DNA of 64,000 nt, taken from contig JAYWIR010000026.1 of the NCBI GenBank assembly GCA_036172245.1, positions 2,604,001 through 2,668,000 of the forward strand. Direction: 5' to 3'. The stretch comes from Raillietiella orientalis. Its lineage: Eukaryota. Within the stretch, counting starts at the first letter, position 1. Each line of letters starts with the position of its first letter. This document shows, piece after piece, positions 38,161 through 49,888 of the stretch. The translations under genes and the position numbers were made by a program. The notes beneath the pieces are model-generated. The model ran no database searches. It saw only the letters and a program-made list of their open reading frames with translations, and had not been told where the DNA came from.

Positions 38161-39149
38161 TGGAGGGAGAAAAGGAATAGGGTAAAGGAACGAACTGCAC
38201 GACCTGCGCGTCCACGCACCCACTGCTAGGTGCTGGCGCTTGCAGACCAGCTGGACGATCTACGTTTGCCCCGCCAGGAGGTGAGCGAGCTGACGCTAGG
38301 CAGAACTTGAGACCCTCACACGTTCGGGGCCCACTACTCTTTAGGTAGGCATCTGCCGCTCCAGACGCTCCCAGGAAAATCTACCAGGTACGCTTCGCTG
38401 AATTATGGGTCATCGATGTCCTTCACGGCCAAATGCTGAGGGAGACCCCAGCTCCCTACGGCATCTCGCGAGAGATATCCGCCTAGCGTGGCGACATCTC
38501 ATAGAAGAGGTTCCGACGGACCCGCCACGTGAATCGCATTTGCAACCAAGACGCTGAAGTAAAGTGCACGTGGTGTTCCTTGGAGTGTGTCCGTGCTGTC
38601 TCTGTGCCGATGAAAGGAAAATCACGCACCTCCTCTCGCTTGATGATCATGGGGGCCTTCACACCTGTGAGAGACTCAGCGGCATCATCCGAGAAGCGCC
38701 CGCGTGACTGAGTAACTCCAAGGGCACCTCTCCCTCATTTCAGAAAGGAACCACCGGACAAATGGGATCACGTTTCTTCTTTAGCCTTCCCTTCCCAACA
38801 AACATGAGAAGCAGCGCACTACGGGGCCGTACAGACCTTTCCCATCTCAAGGGCCTGAAAAGTGCTCAGGGGACTCCTGGGTGGGATGGTGTGCGGTTCC
38901 CTCCCAGAAGGACTACCGTGGGTGCAGCAGACCAGAGTTTCCATGCTTGCGCCCATACGCCCGCCCGATGCGATTGCTCAGAGCACCGGAAGTCAGTGCG
39001 AACTATTCATCTCTGGACCGGTTGATTGCAGGGGTTGCAGTTCCTTTGAAATCTTCCCGTTGCCTAGGTCGCGAGAAATGCTGCTACCACAGTTGGCGCC
39101 GGCGTGGACACCGGCGTCGCAGAGGAGGTGCACTCGGTCAAGCTTTTGT

Positions 39150-39870
39150 TTGTTTCTCTTCTTGAAGGGTGACAGGGACGGGGAACCCCTCCGAAAGAAC
39201 GGGTACGGAGAGCGGAACCCCTCACCGGGGAACCGCCTCCGTTTTGAAGATGGAGAAGGAGCCCTCACGGGCACCTCTGCAGTTGTTCAAAAGTGGGGAC
39301 CCCCCTGTTACGGAGGTCCCTTTGTGTCGTCGCCTCTTCACAGAGTGCACAAGGAGGCAAGCGAGAGAGGTTCCCTGCAGGAAGCTGCAGCGTCCCTTTT
39401 GAGTTTCGGGAGCATCGCTTCGGGGTTCTCTTCAGAGGAATGAGCAGGAGCGGTTCCCTTGCGGGTTCCCTCCGGAGAAGAAATTCCTACAAGCGGATCC
39501 TTTCCGGGTTCCCTTCGGAGACAACCAGGGTGATAGGTGCGATCCCCCCTCCGGAGGGATCCCTTCCCAAGCGTGAGAGGAACGGGATCGGAAACCTTCC
39601 TGGATTCATAGGGCGGCCCCCCATTCCGGGGTTTCCCCTATCCTGAAAAATTACACGACCCTCTGCAGGTTACCGCGAGCGGAGAGACGTGAAAAAAAAA
39701 GTGTGTTAATGCTTTAAAAGATACATGTGCTCCACGAGGCACGCGACCGGCTCTGAAGTACTTAGCGATCCAAAAAAAAGGGAACTCTTAAAAAGAAAAG
39801 CTGGAAGGAAAACAGTGAAGACAGAAGAAAAGGAAGAACCCAAGGATTTCCATCGTCCTAAAAAAAGAAG
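39150..39870 (+). repeat. Interspersed repeat copy 3
   Basis: Colinear match to ~6480-7260, including the gtacttagcga.ccaaaaaaa end. Confidence 0.85.
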
Positions 39871-40999
39871 AACAATTCCGTGGAGTAGCGCGAGGTTGCG
39901 GTCACCTAGCATCAACGGCGAAGGTCGGAGGCTGGGAAGATGACCCCGCGGAAGATTGGTGCTCCCGGTGCTCTGTCGTCTCTCTATCCGATTTGCCTGA
40001 CGGACCGCTGTGACGTTGGGCAGTATCTCATAAGCCGCATGCTCAGAGGGTGGCTGGGAAACGCCTCTCCGCAGACGCCCATTTTCGGGAGGAGCGGGTT
40101 GCTACCGTTCCTTCTTGGCGAGCGCGGCTAGAGCCGATCTTAGGGTCAGCAATCCGACAGGATGTGGAGGTTTCTGAAAGGTGGTCACTGTGTAGACCCG
40201 GACAAAGAGACTGCTCCGGAGAGTTGCATCGCGCGTTCAGGCAGGTCCTGGTTTCCCCCCTCAGGCATGAACGGAGCGTTCCACGGCGACCTGGATGGGT
40301 GCGGCCTGGAAAGACGAACTAACTCGATCTGAATTGCACCTGAGAGAGAATTCCGAAGGGAGCTACTATCTTGTTGCTTGCAGGAGAACCACCGGGTTTG
40401 TCGAGTTCGCTCCAGATTTCTTCTTTGGAGGGACTTCCCAGAAAGGATCGCTCCTGGTTTTCTCCTCTGAGGAGAACCCAGAAGTGACGCTTCCTCATTT
40501 CCGTGAACGGCGCTCCCCGAAGGGGGCAGCGCGCTCCATACACTCTGCAGAGATAACGGCTTCATGGAACGCGATGGAGAGTCCCCCTGCTTTCTCGAGG
40601 ACAAATGCGGCTGCAATTGCACAAGCGGGGTGTCAACTTACAATCACAGTAAGTCACGGCTCCTACCAATGCCCAGTTTGGAGGCCGTGGGTCAACTGCG
40701 TCATCCTGCAGAGGTCGACTCGAAACTGCGACATACCCTTCCCGACGTACCGGCGTCGATGCTTCTCCGAACGGTCTTTGAACCCGCGACTTGTGGTACG
40801 ACCGACGCCACACAAGCGCGCAGGCGCAAGGAACTTTCTCAACGCTTGCGCGCGAGCTAGGGACGAGCCGCGGGTGTTGCAGGTGCTGGAGGATCGAATT
40901 TCCCTGGTGCCGAGCGGTAGACCGCCGTGCTTTCCGTTAAACGTGAAGGTGGCCAAGTGCAGCTTCAACGATCCTGGACCCTAACATCCATCTGGCGAA

Positions 41000-41960
41000 G
41001 ATCCGGTTCTCTAGGTCGGCATCTCGGCCTCGAGTGAGTTAGAAATCCTCCAGTAGCATCCTGCTGCCGACGGTGCCTCACAAAACTTATCGCATTTGAA
41101 CTGCGGCTGGACGGCACACGCAGCTGTCAACAGGTTACAAAAAATAAAAGGACCACAGATGGAGAAGTGCACCACGAGAGGCACCTTCGTCGCGAGCGAG
41201 TTCCTCGATGTACGCAACTCGTTTTCGGACAGTATGTGCATGTCCACTCGGGGAGCAACAGCTCACTGAGTTCCAAAGGGATGAGGGCACGTGACGACTA
41301 CTTCCAGTAGCTGGCAGAGATTCCCCCAGGGAAACGCGATCCAGGTGGTACCCCGTTCGTGTTAGTTGTAAAAGTCTTTTGCGTGCGTTTCGACAGTTCA
41401 TCCGGTCCATAGATCTCTATGTCATGGTCCATCCCTGCAGCAACCATTCTTGATCGCGGTACGAACAGCAAACAGAGACTGCATCCTCCATGAGAAGCCC
41501 GCTCACGAAGGTAGGAGGACGTCGAGGAGCACATGGAGGATCGCAAGGAAGACCCGCTAATCGTATTTCTCACCCTTCACCCTCCGGTCACGCCGAGGCG
41601 TTTGTTCAGGAAACAACAAACCCACACGAAAGAAGTGGTAGATCAGGTGATCCCACCATGGTTGCTTTTACACGGGAAGGCTATTGTGGTGCCCTTGCGG
41701 GGAATTGGAAGAATTAAGAGAATTAAAAATGAAATGGAACAAAAAAATGAAAAAACACCGATGGGAACGGGATGGAACCACAGTCTGCCTGGAGGCTTCC
41801 ACAGGATCTCTTCTAGGAGGGCAGCAAATACCAACTCCATCTTGCCGGATGGAGCAATCCGGATGCCAATCGCGGGAAGCGAACGGAGGACTGGCAAGCA
41901 TTCCTTCCGTCTGGTTCCAGGATCTCACTGAAAGAATCGGTGCTGCTGTGCCATGATGTC
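41000..41960 (-). pseudogene. Decayed APE endonuclease fragment
   Basis: ILSVRSWN, DGVGI and YHLDRVSLG occur in the order expected for APE (SWN, GVGI, RIDR). Confidence 0.4.
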
Positions 41961-42328
41961 GTCTCGAGCACCATGAGCATCCAAAAGATCGGACTGTAGC
42001 TGTAGTTCCGAACTTTTGACTCCTTGAGCCAAATTGCGGACTAAGTCATGGACCTGTCAGTGGCGTGCTCCCGCACTCCACTTGCTCCGCCCAGGAGCAT
42101 AGAAATGCTTTCGCCGCAGCCGCTCTGCGGGCAGAGGATGGCTGATCTCGGATACTGCCTAAGACATCCTCTCCACAGCCCTGGAAGCCCATCCCTTGAT
42201 CTCCCGCCTCCCACAAAGCTGGGATGACTGGAAACTGCACGCATTAGGGTCCTCGGTCCCCGTTCTCGGAGTGCTCACCATGGAGTGAAACTGCATGATG
42301 GTTATGCTACAGCAAGGCGTGGGCGTTC

Positions 42329-42395
42329 ATTCACTTTGGATGCTTATGGCCTCAGCTAATGTGATCCATCAACGTAGTGGAACGCAACGGTCCTG
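42329..42395 (+). repeat. 67-bp direct duplication flanking the NUMT, left copy
   Basis: attcactttggatgcttatggcc...caacggtcctg recurs at 44127-44193 with one mismatch. Confidence 0.95.
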
Positions 42396-42448
42396 AGAAA
42401 AGCGGTAAATTGTAAATTTATTAATGATGGAATCTTTTATCATTAATT
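42396..42448 (+). tRNA. trnY: Mitochondrial tRNA-Tyr(GTA), 5'-truncated, NUMT copy
   Basis: gcggtaaa-ttGTAaa-tttat anticodon arm (GTA at 42412-42414); T-arm tgatgg...ttatca. Confidence 0.75.
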
Positions 42449-42458
42449 TAATATAAAT

Positions 42459-42503
42459 ATTCTTGAGTTTATAGAATTGCAAGTTCTATGTTATATAAGA
42501 ATT
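42459..42503 (+). tRNA. trnC: Mitochondrial tRNA-Cys(GCA), apparently armless, NUMT copy
   Basis: Acceptor stem attcttg/taagaat; anticodon stem atagaa/ttctat with loop ttGCAag; connectors of only 5 and 6 nt. Confidence 0.7.
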
Positions 42504-42516
42504 GATTGAGTGGCGG

Positions 42517-42581
42517 TACAAGGTAGTGTAGGATGCACACTAAAATTTGAGTTTAGGGGATACGTTAAATGTAACTTGTAT
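42517..42581 (+). tRNA. trnQ: Mitochondrial tRNA-Gln(TTG), NUMT copy
   Basis: Acceptor tacaag/cttgta, D-stem gtgt/gcac, anticodon stem ctaaa/tttag with TTG at 42547-42549, T-stem tacg/tgta. Confidence 0.85.
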
Positions 42582-42597
42582 TGGATATTAATAGAAG

Positions 42598-42805
42598 TTA
42601 GGATAGTAGGGATAGTGGTAAGAGCATAAGGAAGTAAGAGATGGAGATTGGTATGAGAGATGTTTTGTGGTGGGTTTGTGGTTTGTTTATTGGGAGAGTA
42701 GTAAAAGATGGTAGTCTAATGTTGAGATAGATTAGGAGAGAGATTGAGGAGGAGATGATTAATGTTGAGTGATTTATCCTAGAGGTTGGGGATTGGTGGG
42801 AGGAG
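42598..42805 (-). pseudogene. nad2: nad2 3' end (NUMT)
   Basis: Mitochondrial-code translation LIISSSISLLIYLNISLPSF...LLPLSLLS* resembles the ND2 C-terminus; lies next to the tRNA cluster. Confidence 0.7.
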
Positions 42806-42807
42806 TA

Positions 42808-43056
42808 ATGGGTTTAATGTTGTTTGTATGTTATTTAACGGGGAGAATGTATGGGGTATTGATGGGTGGTTGAGCTAGTAATAGGAAATATAGATATATT
42901 GGGGTGGTGCGTTCGGTAGCTCAAATGATTTCGTATGAGGTATGTATGATTGTTATATTGATGGGTACAGTAGTGTATTTAGGTGGATATGAATTGGATA
43001 TGGAAGTAGAGGGTTGGTTGGTATTTTGTAGGGCAGGTGGATTGATTGTAATTTTT
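42808..43056 (+). pseudogene. nad1: nad1 internal fragment (NUMT)
   Basis: [26 protein letters not shown] with TGA=Trp and AGA/AGG=Ser; hallmark ND1 motif. Confidence 0.95.
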
Positions 43057-43149
43057 TACTAATAATTTCATACTCAAATTCAACAAAACTTTAAATAATT
43101 ATCAACATCAAGTCAATTTCTACACTTACTAGTAGATTACCCCCTTGCC

Positions 43150-43515
43150 TAGATACACCTTCCGGTACATCTACTATGTTACGACTTATCTAATATTATA
43201 TCAGAGCGACGGGCGATTTGTATTTAATGATTATAAAATTCAATTTGCTCTTCTCAAACAAATTTACAATTAAATCCTATTTCAATGTAAAATTACATTC
43301 AACACATCCAAATTTAACATAATGTAGTTCACAAATCATTCTTTTTTATGCTACATCTTGATTGGAACTTTTAATTACAATTTATTAAGAAAATTAATTA
43401 CTCTTAAATAATCAAATCAACGATATACAAACACTAAAAAAAGTAAGTTCCTCGCGGATTATCGTTTATTAAGCAAACTCCTCTAATAATACTCATTACC
43501 ACCAATTCATATAAG
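43150..43515 (-). rRNA. rrnS: Mitochondrial 12S rRNA 3' portion (NUMT)
   Basis: ccttccggtacatctactatgttacgacttatc (43158-43190) and gagcgacgggcgatttgt (43204-43221) are reverse complements of conserved 12S motifs. Confidence 0.93.
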
Positions 43516-43540
43516 TCCCCTTCCCTATCTTTGGCTGCGG

Positions 43541-43678
43541 GTATGCTGAGACTAACTGGTGGTCAAGAAAGCCTAAACTGTGGGTTGACTCTTAGTCTAG
43601 AGTGAAAGAATGATCAAAAGAAGGAGACGAATAAGAAGATTTCTGAGATAATAAATATGATTATTGCAAATTTAAATG
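43541..43678 (-). pseudogene. cox3: cox3 internal fragment (NUMT)
   Basis: MIMFIISEIFLFVSFFWSFFHSSL...WPP; hallmark COX3 motif. Confidence 0.93.
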
Positions 43679-43905
43679 TTTTTATTATTCTCATTGGAAG
43701 GATACCGATAAATATTATTTCAATTAACATTAAACCTCATGCAAAAATCATTACTAATAGCTTTAACGTGAAGCATAATTAAATCCTAAATTTAATACAT
43801 ATATTTCTGTCATATTAGCATAAAGAAGTTTTCCTTTTTGATGTAAACAAAATATTCATTAAACTATTTCTTTTTATAAAAAATAAATTTTTGATTTGTT
43901 TTTTT

Positions 43906-44126
43906 CCTTAGGTAACTTTTTCTTCATTTCAAGATCAACATTACTTAATATATAATTATTAAACTACGAAGATAAATTCTTCATTATCCGCCCCAGATAA
44001 CATCTCATCAAAATCTACGCTTACTACCACATTTTCAATTTATTCAAAGACACTAGTTCTAAAGGGTCTTCTCGTCCCCTAAAGTCACTATAGACTTTTC
44101 ACTATAAAATTAAATTCAAATACACA
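43906..44126 (-). rRNA. rrnL: Mitochondrial 16S rRNA internal fragment (NUMT)
   Basis: Reverse complements of GACGAGAAGACCC (~44064-44076) and AAGTTACCTAAGG (43906-43918) in the expected order. Confidence 0.88.
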
Positions 44127-44193
44127 ATTCACTTTGGACGCTTATGGCCTCAGCTAATGTGATCCATCAACGTAGTGGAACGCAACGGTCCTG
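44127..44193 (+). repeat. 67-bp direct duplication flanking the NUMT, right copy
   Basis: Matches 42329-42395. Confidence 0.95.
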
Positions 44194-44399
44194 GAGACGC
44201 AATTCACGGTTCTCCATCCAGGAACGAGTTGTCACAGTAGGAGAGCACTGCAGCTGCAAAGCGTTTAGAAGTGCCTCACAATGCACTGCAATTTGGATGT
44301 GTTCGAGTAACCACTGCGAACCTGGTGAAGACCTCGGCGTTAGTCCAATCGTTGTGCGAAGACAATGACGTCTCGCTGACGCTCCTTGAACGGTTAGAA

Positions 44400-46900
44400 G
44401 TCTCTTATTTCTGAGTGGCCAACCCAGAAGAAACAGCCACATATATCTGGTCAAGGATCCAGACACATAGCAGTACCTTCCCGAAGGCGTGAAGCATTCG
44501 AATGGAAACATTTGAAGAATTTGCACAGGAGAAGGAAGCCGTTCCACGAGAACAGAGACCGAAAGTCAAGCAGTAGGTTGCAGAAGACGCCACTGGAAAA
44601 TAGTAATTTGATGGCCGTCGAGAAGGCATTGCCGGCACGGAGCCAGTCGAGGAGAGCGACAGATGGCCCAAATGGCAGACGTCCCGGCAGATGCAGTTGG
44701 TGTGCGGAAGGTGTTCGATCACGTCAACCAAGAATTCCATGGGAAGCTCCAGCAGGTTCTGTGACTGCCGAAGCATTTGAAAGGACGTCGATCTTTGGCT
44801 GGTGCACGCGTTCAACGAGGTTGCCTCCATCTCTCGCCACGAGCGCGCCGCATCCGAGTGAAGCGAAATACTGCAAGGAAGGCCACGCGCCCCCACGGTC
44901 TTCAGCATTTTATGGAGATGCTAAACTGTCAGATGGGACCATTTGCCAAACCCCCACTGCTCCACGTGAGCATCGGTGGCATTCGTAAAGGACCCGCTTC
45001 TCCTGCTGCTTGTGATGACAGTTGTGCCGTCACTCTGGACATTCCACAGTTGATGTCCCTCAGAGTAAAAGAGCTCGCAGACAAAAGCAAATCCAAGCGC
45101 TGCCATCGGCAATCCCTGTCAACTCTGTGGCCAGCGCAGGTTTTTCAGTTGAAAGTGCCTGCGCGGCTTTCCTCCCATAATTTTGTTGTGGGTGCGGAAA
45201 AAGCAGTAGGAAGAGAAATCCTCAGTGTTTCTGCATCGAAGAACATTGCATCCCTCTGAATCGACGAGGTGAAGATGGGTCATCACTCATCAGGGAATAT
45301 TGTTACGGACGCGTTACGTGGACGGTCGGCACCTTTGGCATTCCTCAAGGTGTCCCGTAAGCAGTTGCGGTTTCCCTGCGCGCCTTGATTGCAATCCACA
45401 AGTGGTTTTCCAGAGAAATGAGAAGTTGATCAAGAAGCTGGCCAGGAAGCCCGCGAGCTCCGGGACCTCCAGTAGAATCTCTTTGTGGTCGCAAGGTAAA
45501 GAGTTATGATGGTGCTATGATGACCTAAAGAACAGGAGCTCGCCTTAGACATCCACTACGCGAGTAAGTGAACGTCAAGATTCCGAGTAACCTGTTCTAC
45601 ACCGGAATGTATCTGGAAAAACCTGCAGCCGAAGAAAAGTTTGTTCCTCCGCTCTGCATAGAGTACAGCAAAGATACGCTACGGGATGATTTTGATTGGT
45701 GCCATCCTTCGGATTCGTTCGGCTCACGGATTCAAAAGGAGCTGGGCATCAGCGCTTGACACGGTGATCGGATTCGTGCTGTCCACTTTTCCGTGGGACT
45801 CCTTCGTTAGTGAAAAGACGCAACTTTGAGGATAGGAAAGACAAGGGCGCGCCTCGTGTTTTAAGCATCAGAGAAGTGATGGTTAGCAAAGATATGCACG
45901 CTCTGCTACGAAGCATTCACGAAATTGCGATTGCGGTGCTTTACGTTTCCTTGGTTTTCCCACAGGGAAGACTTTGTGGACGTCGCGGAGCTGCAACATG
46001 ATTTTCCGACCAGAGGGACCCCCAAGGATGCTAACCAAAAACAAAGCTTTGGGACTTGCAGAGCTTGCAGGACGCGCGTCGAACAGTTCATAATATTACT
46101 GCCTCCACGCGTCCACCGGAAACAGTCCAGAAAGGTCCAGAGAGCGCGCGCGCGCAGGATATACGCGACGCGCATGGATCTGCGGCTGCTCGAGAGGAAG
46201 AAACGCAAATCGCTCAACTGCTGCTCTTACCTCGCATCGCTGGTTGGCATGGCGCTTCATCAAATCAGCAGTCTGCACGAAAGAGCGAAAAAATAGGAGC
46301 AGTGAGCACTCACTTTTCCCCGGAAACAGGCTTCTCCAGGAAACCAAAGTTGCGTCTCCGGAGGGGCTCGAAGACTTCTGGAAGCTCGCAGAGAATAGTG
46401 GGATGCCGAGGTAAGGTCTGAGGCAGTGTAAGTGCGGATCACTTAAAGCCAGATCCAGTGGACGCAATGCAATGACGGTGGATCTTCCTTCTGGCTGCTG
46501 GGAACTTGGCCACCTTGAGGACGCTTGCGAATACCACGTCGCAAAAGGAAGGCTTGTGAAGAGGATGACCCCGTAAGCCATGGCTCTTGGTCGGAAACAC
46601 GTCGCCGTCAATAGAAGAAACGCAGGCGGTTTCTTACCGAAGAGAGGCCGGAACGGGAAAGGAACGCTTTCGGCGTGACGTTAGGAAACATCGAACTTCC
46701 TCGCAACGCATGCCTTGAGATGACTTCAGCAGCCATTCCTAACAAAGAAGGTTACGTACCAGTCAGGAGAGTGAGGGTCGTCTGAGCCACACGAATGCCA
46801 ACACGCAAGGCAGACAGGTGATCACCAGCAGGAAGAGGGCACATACCGAAGAGGCGGGATATCTTTGATTGCTACGTCAGCCGAAGACCGCTACCATGCA
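44400..46900 (+). pseudogene. Ancient decayed non-LTR ORF2 (RT to zinc knuckle); paralogues at ~7560-9300, 18085-20300, 30470-32950, 58720-61200
   Basis: Across copies and frames: HIYLVKDP..QYLP (YRP-like), MRKAFDHLNQKF in copy B (KAFD), RIRVKR/LQGRPRAPTVFSI (RGxxQGxPLSP-like), AACDD (YADD position), SYLG in copy A, ECQHAKQTGDLLQEEC (knuckle-like). Confidence 0.7.
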
Positions 46901-48749
46901 AAAGCATCCACCAAGAGCACGGATCGCGAAGGCGTGTCGCCTCATAACGGCCGTCCCACACGCTATCCACGAATCGAGAAAATTCATAAATCTCGGCAAC
47001 GTTTTCAGCTTTGAAGAGAAAGCCAGTTGTACTCTGTGCATTTCAAGGAAGTTGGTGCTGTGTGGATAGGCAGCGACATGGTCCTCTCGGCGCAGCAGTG
47101 GATTCTCGGAATCCTTCCACTATTGTATTTGGTATCTCAGATTTCAATGATTTTGAGGATTCGCACTCAAATTTCTCGATGCAGCTCCTGGGATTTACCA
47201 AGTGCGCTTTCGATCGAGTTGGCGGTGACTGCTGCCCGGGTGGGCTCTCCCATGAATTGGCGCGAAAAGGAAATGGTCCACTGTTTTACAGCATCCGTTT
47301 CACTCCAGCTGTGCGATTGCAGATTGGAGCCTCTGATTGAGATCTACTGCAGCTGGCCCGATTTGTATTTTCTGTAAAGACTCGAAGTACTTCCGCTCCA
47401 TCGACGAAAACACAGAGGAACGGAGAATCTCCTTCGCTAGAGCTTCATGCTGAGGTTTCTTTCTTCAGTAATGGGTGCAGCGAAAAGAAGTGGCTGCAAC
47501 ATCGCGTTCTCACGAAGCTGCAGCCGCCTTACGAGGACATCCCGTTGACCGAATCGTGCGAGACTCTATCTCAGTCGACCTGCGAGGCGTGGTTGCGTTT
47601 GAGTGCGTCGTGGGGGCACACGGGACACGCCGCTTCGTTGCTCCCTCAGGGACTGGCGATAATGGTGACCGGTTGACCCAAACCAGGACAGCAAAGGTAT
47701 TCTTGATTCCACCTGCTGAGGACGCGAGCAAAAGCTGTTAGAATTTTAAACATTTGACTACGATTTACGCTGCTGCACTCCTCGCCTAACGCCAGGTGAT
47801 CGACCCAGAGATAGGAAGGGCTTCCTCCTTTCCGAATAACGTCCACGCAACCCTTCCTCGATTCTTTAGAAACCGGAAGGATAGTCGCCATGGTTTGAGT
47901 GTTCGCCTTGTTCGTACTCCGCGGAGAGCCACCTTCTATGTGGTCACGGAAATCGTTTAGCCACTTGGAGATTGGAAGGGTTCCTTTCCTCCCACCGAGC
48001 TGCGACGTCCGCAGGAAGGCGAATGAAGGAACGTTTTGTGTTGCTCTTGCAAAAGGATGCGTTGGGCGATCCGCCGCCATAGCACGGAGCCACTGATTTG
48101 TTGAGACGCACTGAAACCGTTGATGGTACATAATCACTGCATTTGTACAGTGCCCTGCAGGCAGCAAGGATGGCGCGCTGCTTCTTTCCAGTGCTTCCTT
48201 TGCTCATTCACCGTCGAACGGGCGTTTGGGTGTTCGGAGATGTTCGATTCGGGTTGCGCGTCTCAATCCTAGTTCCGTTTCGGGTGAGTCTCTTGGTGCT
48301 ACGCAGGACGAAAGGAAAGGAAGATGCATGACATGGCCCGACTTTCTTTTCTCCATTGACATGCTCTTCGAGGTTCCAAGAGTTTGAAGGCAGAGGCTGT
48401 CGATTTGTTCTTAGGCGCGTCCAGGAATGTGCTCACAACGGAAACTCCGTCTGCACGAAGGTGAATGTCAGAGGGATTACGGATCACTCACATCGGTTCC
48501 TTACGGCTCCACCTCGTTCTGCACTCTAGGTCATACGGGACCTGATATTACCATTATAGCGAAAGCGAAGGTTACTTGTACAGGTCATGGGGCAGTGAGA
48601 TTAAACCTAGGAAAAAGTCGGGCAATTCCGAAGAAATCGTATCACTATCACTAATTTGCCCTTTGCGAGCACGCAACAGACTTGTTACTGAAAAGCTTCG
48701 ATGATACTGGGGTGGAGGACGAAAGGGTGCACCTGCTGGTGATTCAAAG

Positions 48750-49006
48750 GCGAGGTCTTCCAGGCTCGAGGCGACCAGGTTGTACGTGACCAGCGAACTG
48801 CCGACTTCGTGCGAGGCGACCAAAACTCCACGAGCTTCATCGTGCCTGGTCAGACCATTTTCCAAGATCGATTCTACGTCCAGACACTGAGTGGAGACTG
48901 CACTCTGAGCGCCAATGTCGGAGGAAGATTGGACACCGTTGTTTTCTCCACTCCGAACTTCCCCAACAACTTTCCAGCGGGCACATTTTGTTTTTTGGTT
49001 CTTCGG
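48750..49006 (+). CDS. CUB-domain cassette D, 5' exon (alternative acceptor at 48884)
   Basis: ttcaaag| ... GDCTLSA...STPNFPNNFPAGTFCFLVLR |gtaag. Confidence 0.7.
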
Positions 49007-49888
49007 GTAAGCAGCGGAGTTGCTGGTGGGGACGATCCACAGCTTCCATGTAGCCAAACGACAGCCAGACATCACCGGAAAACGTCTTCGGGAGGTTTGA
49101 TAACCGTTTTGCTCTGGGCAATCGTGGCAAACTCACTTTTGAGGACATCTTGCGCCAAAGAGTGTAAGATCTGTGTGTACCGATGTCGCGCCGCTGCCGG
49201 CGCGCTGGATCGTGGTGGAACGCCGGAGCCGCGCAGACACGCACCTCACCCGGGAAACATAGCCGTTCACCAGAAAGAGACCGTTTCAGAGTCCTGGTTA
49301 ATTGGCAGTTGCTGACATTCCCATACGTTGAGCTGTTCCTACCCGCGGCGATCACCTTCGAGGGGGCTGCATCCGCTGTTGGTTTCCAGCTCACCTTGTG
49401 CATGGTGCCCAACGCGTTCCAGGTTTCGTCCCAACGCCAAACGCAGACGACCCTGATCTCGCGTGCCCTTGTGCAGGATCTGGCGGTTCCACAGCAAATG
49501 CTTTCCTTCGTCGTACGGGTACGTGGTGAGCGCATTCGCTGACCGGAAATGAGGTCACCTCGCCGGGTGTCCCTCGGCTGGAGATCCGCGCGCCCGCAGG
49601 AGCGGAGCTTAATACTCGCTTCCTCCACCGGCGCGGAGATTTCCAGATGAGCTGTGGGACAGCCCACAAGGGGTTCGCGCTTCCTGGGCTTCCAGCGACG
49701 AGTTGTCGCGTTGGCAATTCTGCCGGCGGGAACCTCGTTGGTCCGGACGTGCGTTGCTGCGCGCCTGCGTGCTGTAGCTCGCCCTCCGAGTTCGCATCGC
49801 CAGGGGACGGCGGGGTGGCAATGCCGCGACGGAGTTCCTTCTTCCGACTCAAAGGATGGTGTGAGGGTTCAATCAATTCTCCTTGTCG

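Larger units (their letters stand above)
42396..44126. other. Composite nuclear insertion of mitochondrial DNA (NUMT)
   Basis: Abrupt AT-rich island holding mitochondrial tRNA, nad2, nad1, cox3, 12S and 16S fragments; the protein fragments read through in the invertebrate mitochondrial code. Confidence 0.97.

Noticed and set aside
44680..44770. F-box-like motif NLLELPMEFLVDVIEHLP...CRDVC on the minus strand
   Set aside because: It is the exact antisense of the RT motif VRKVFDHVNQEF / MRKAFDHLNQKF, which is flanked on the plus strand by further RT motifs in the correct order.
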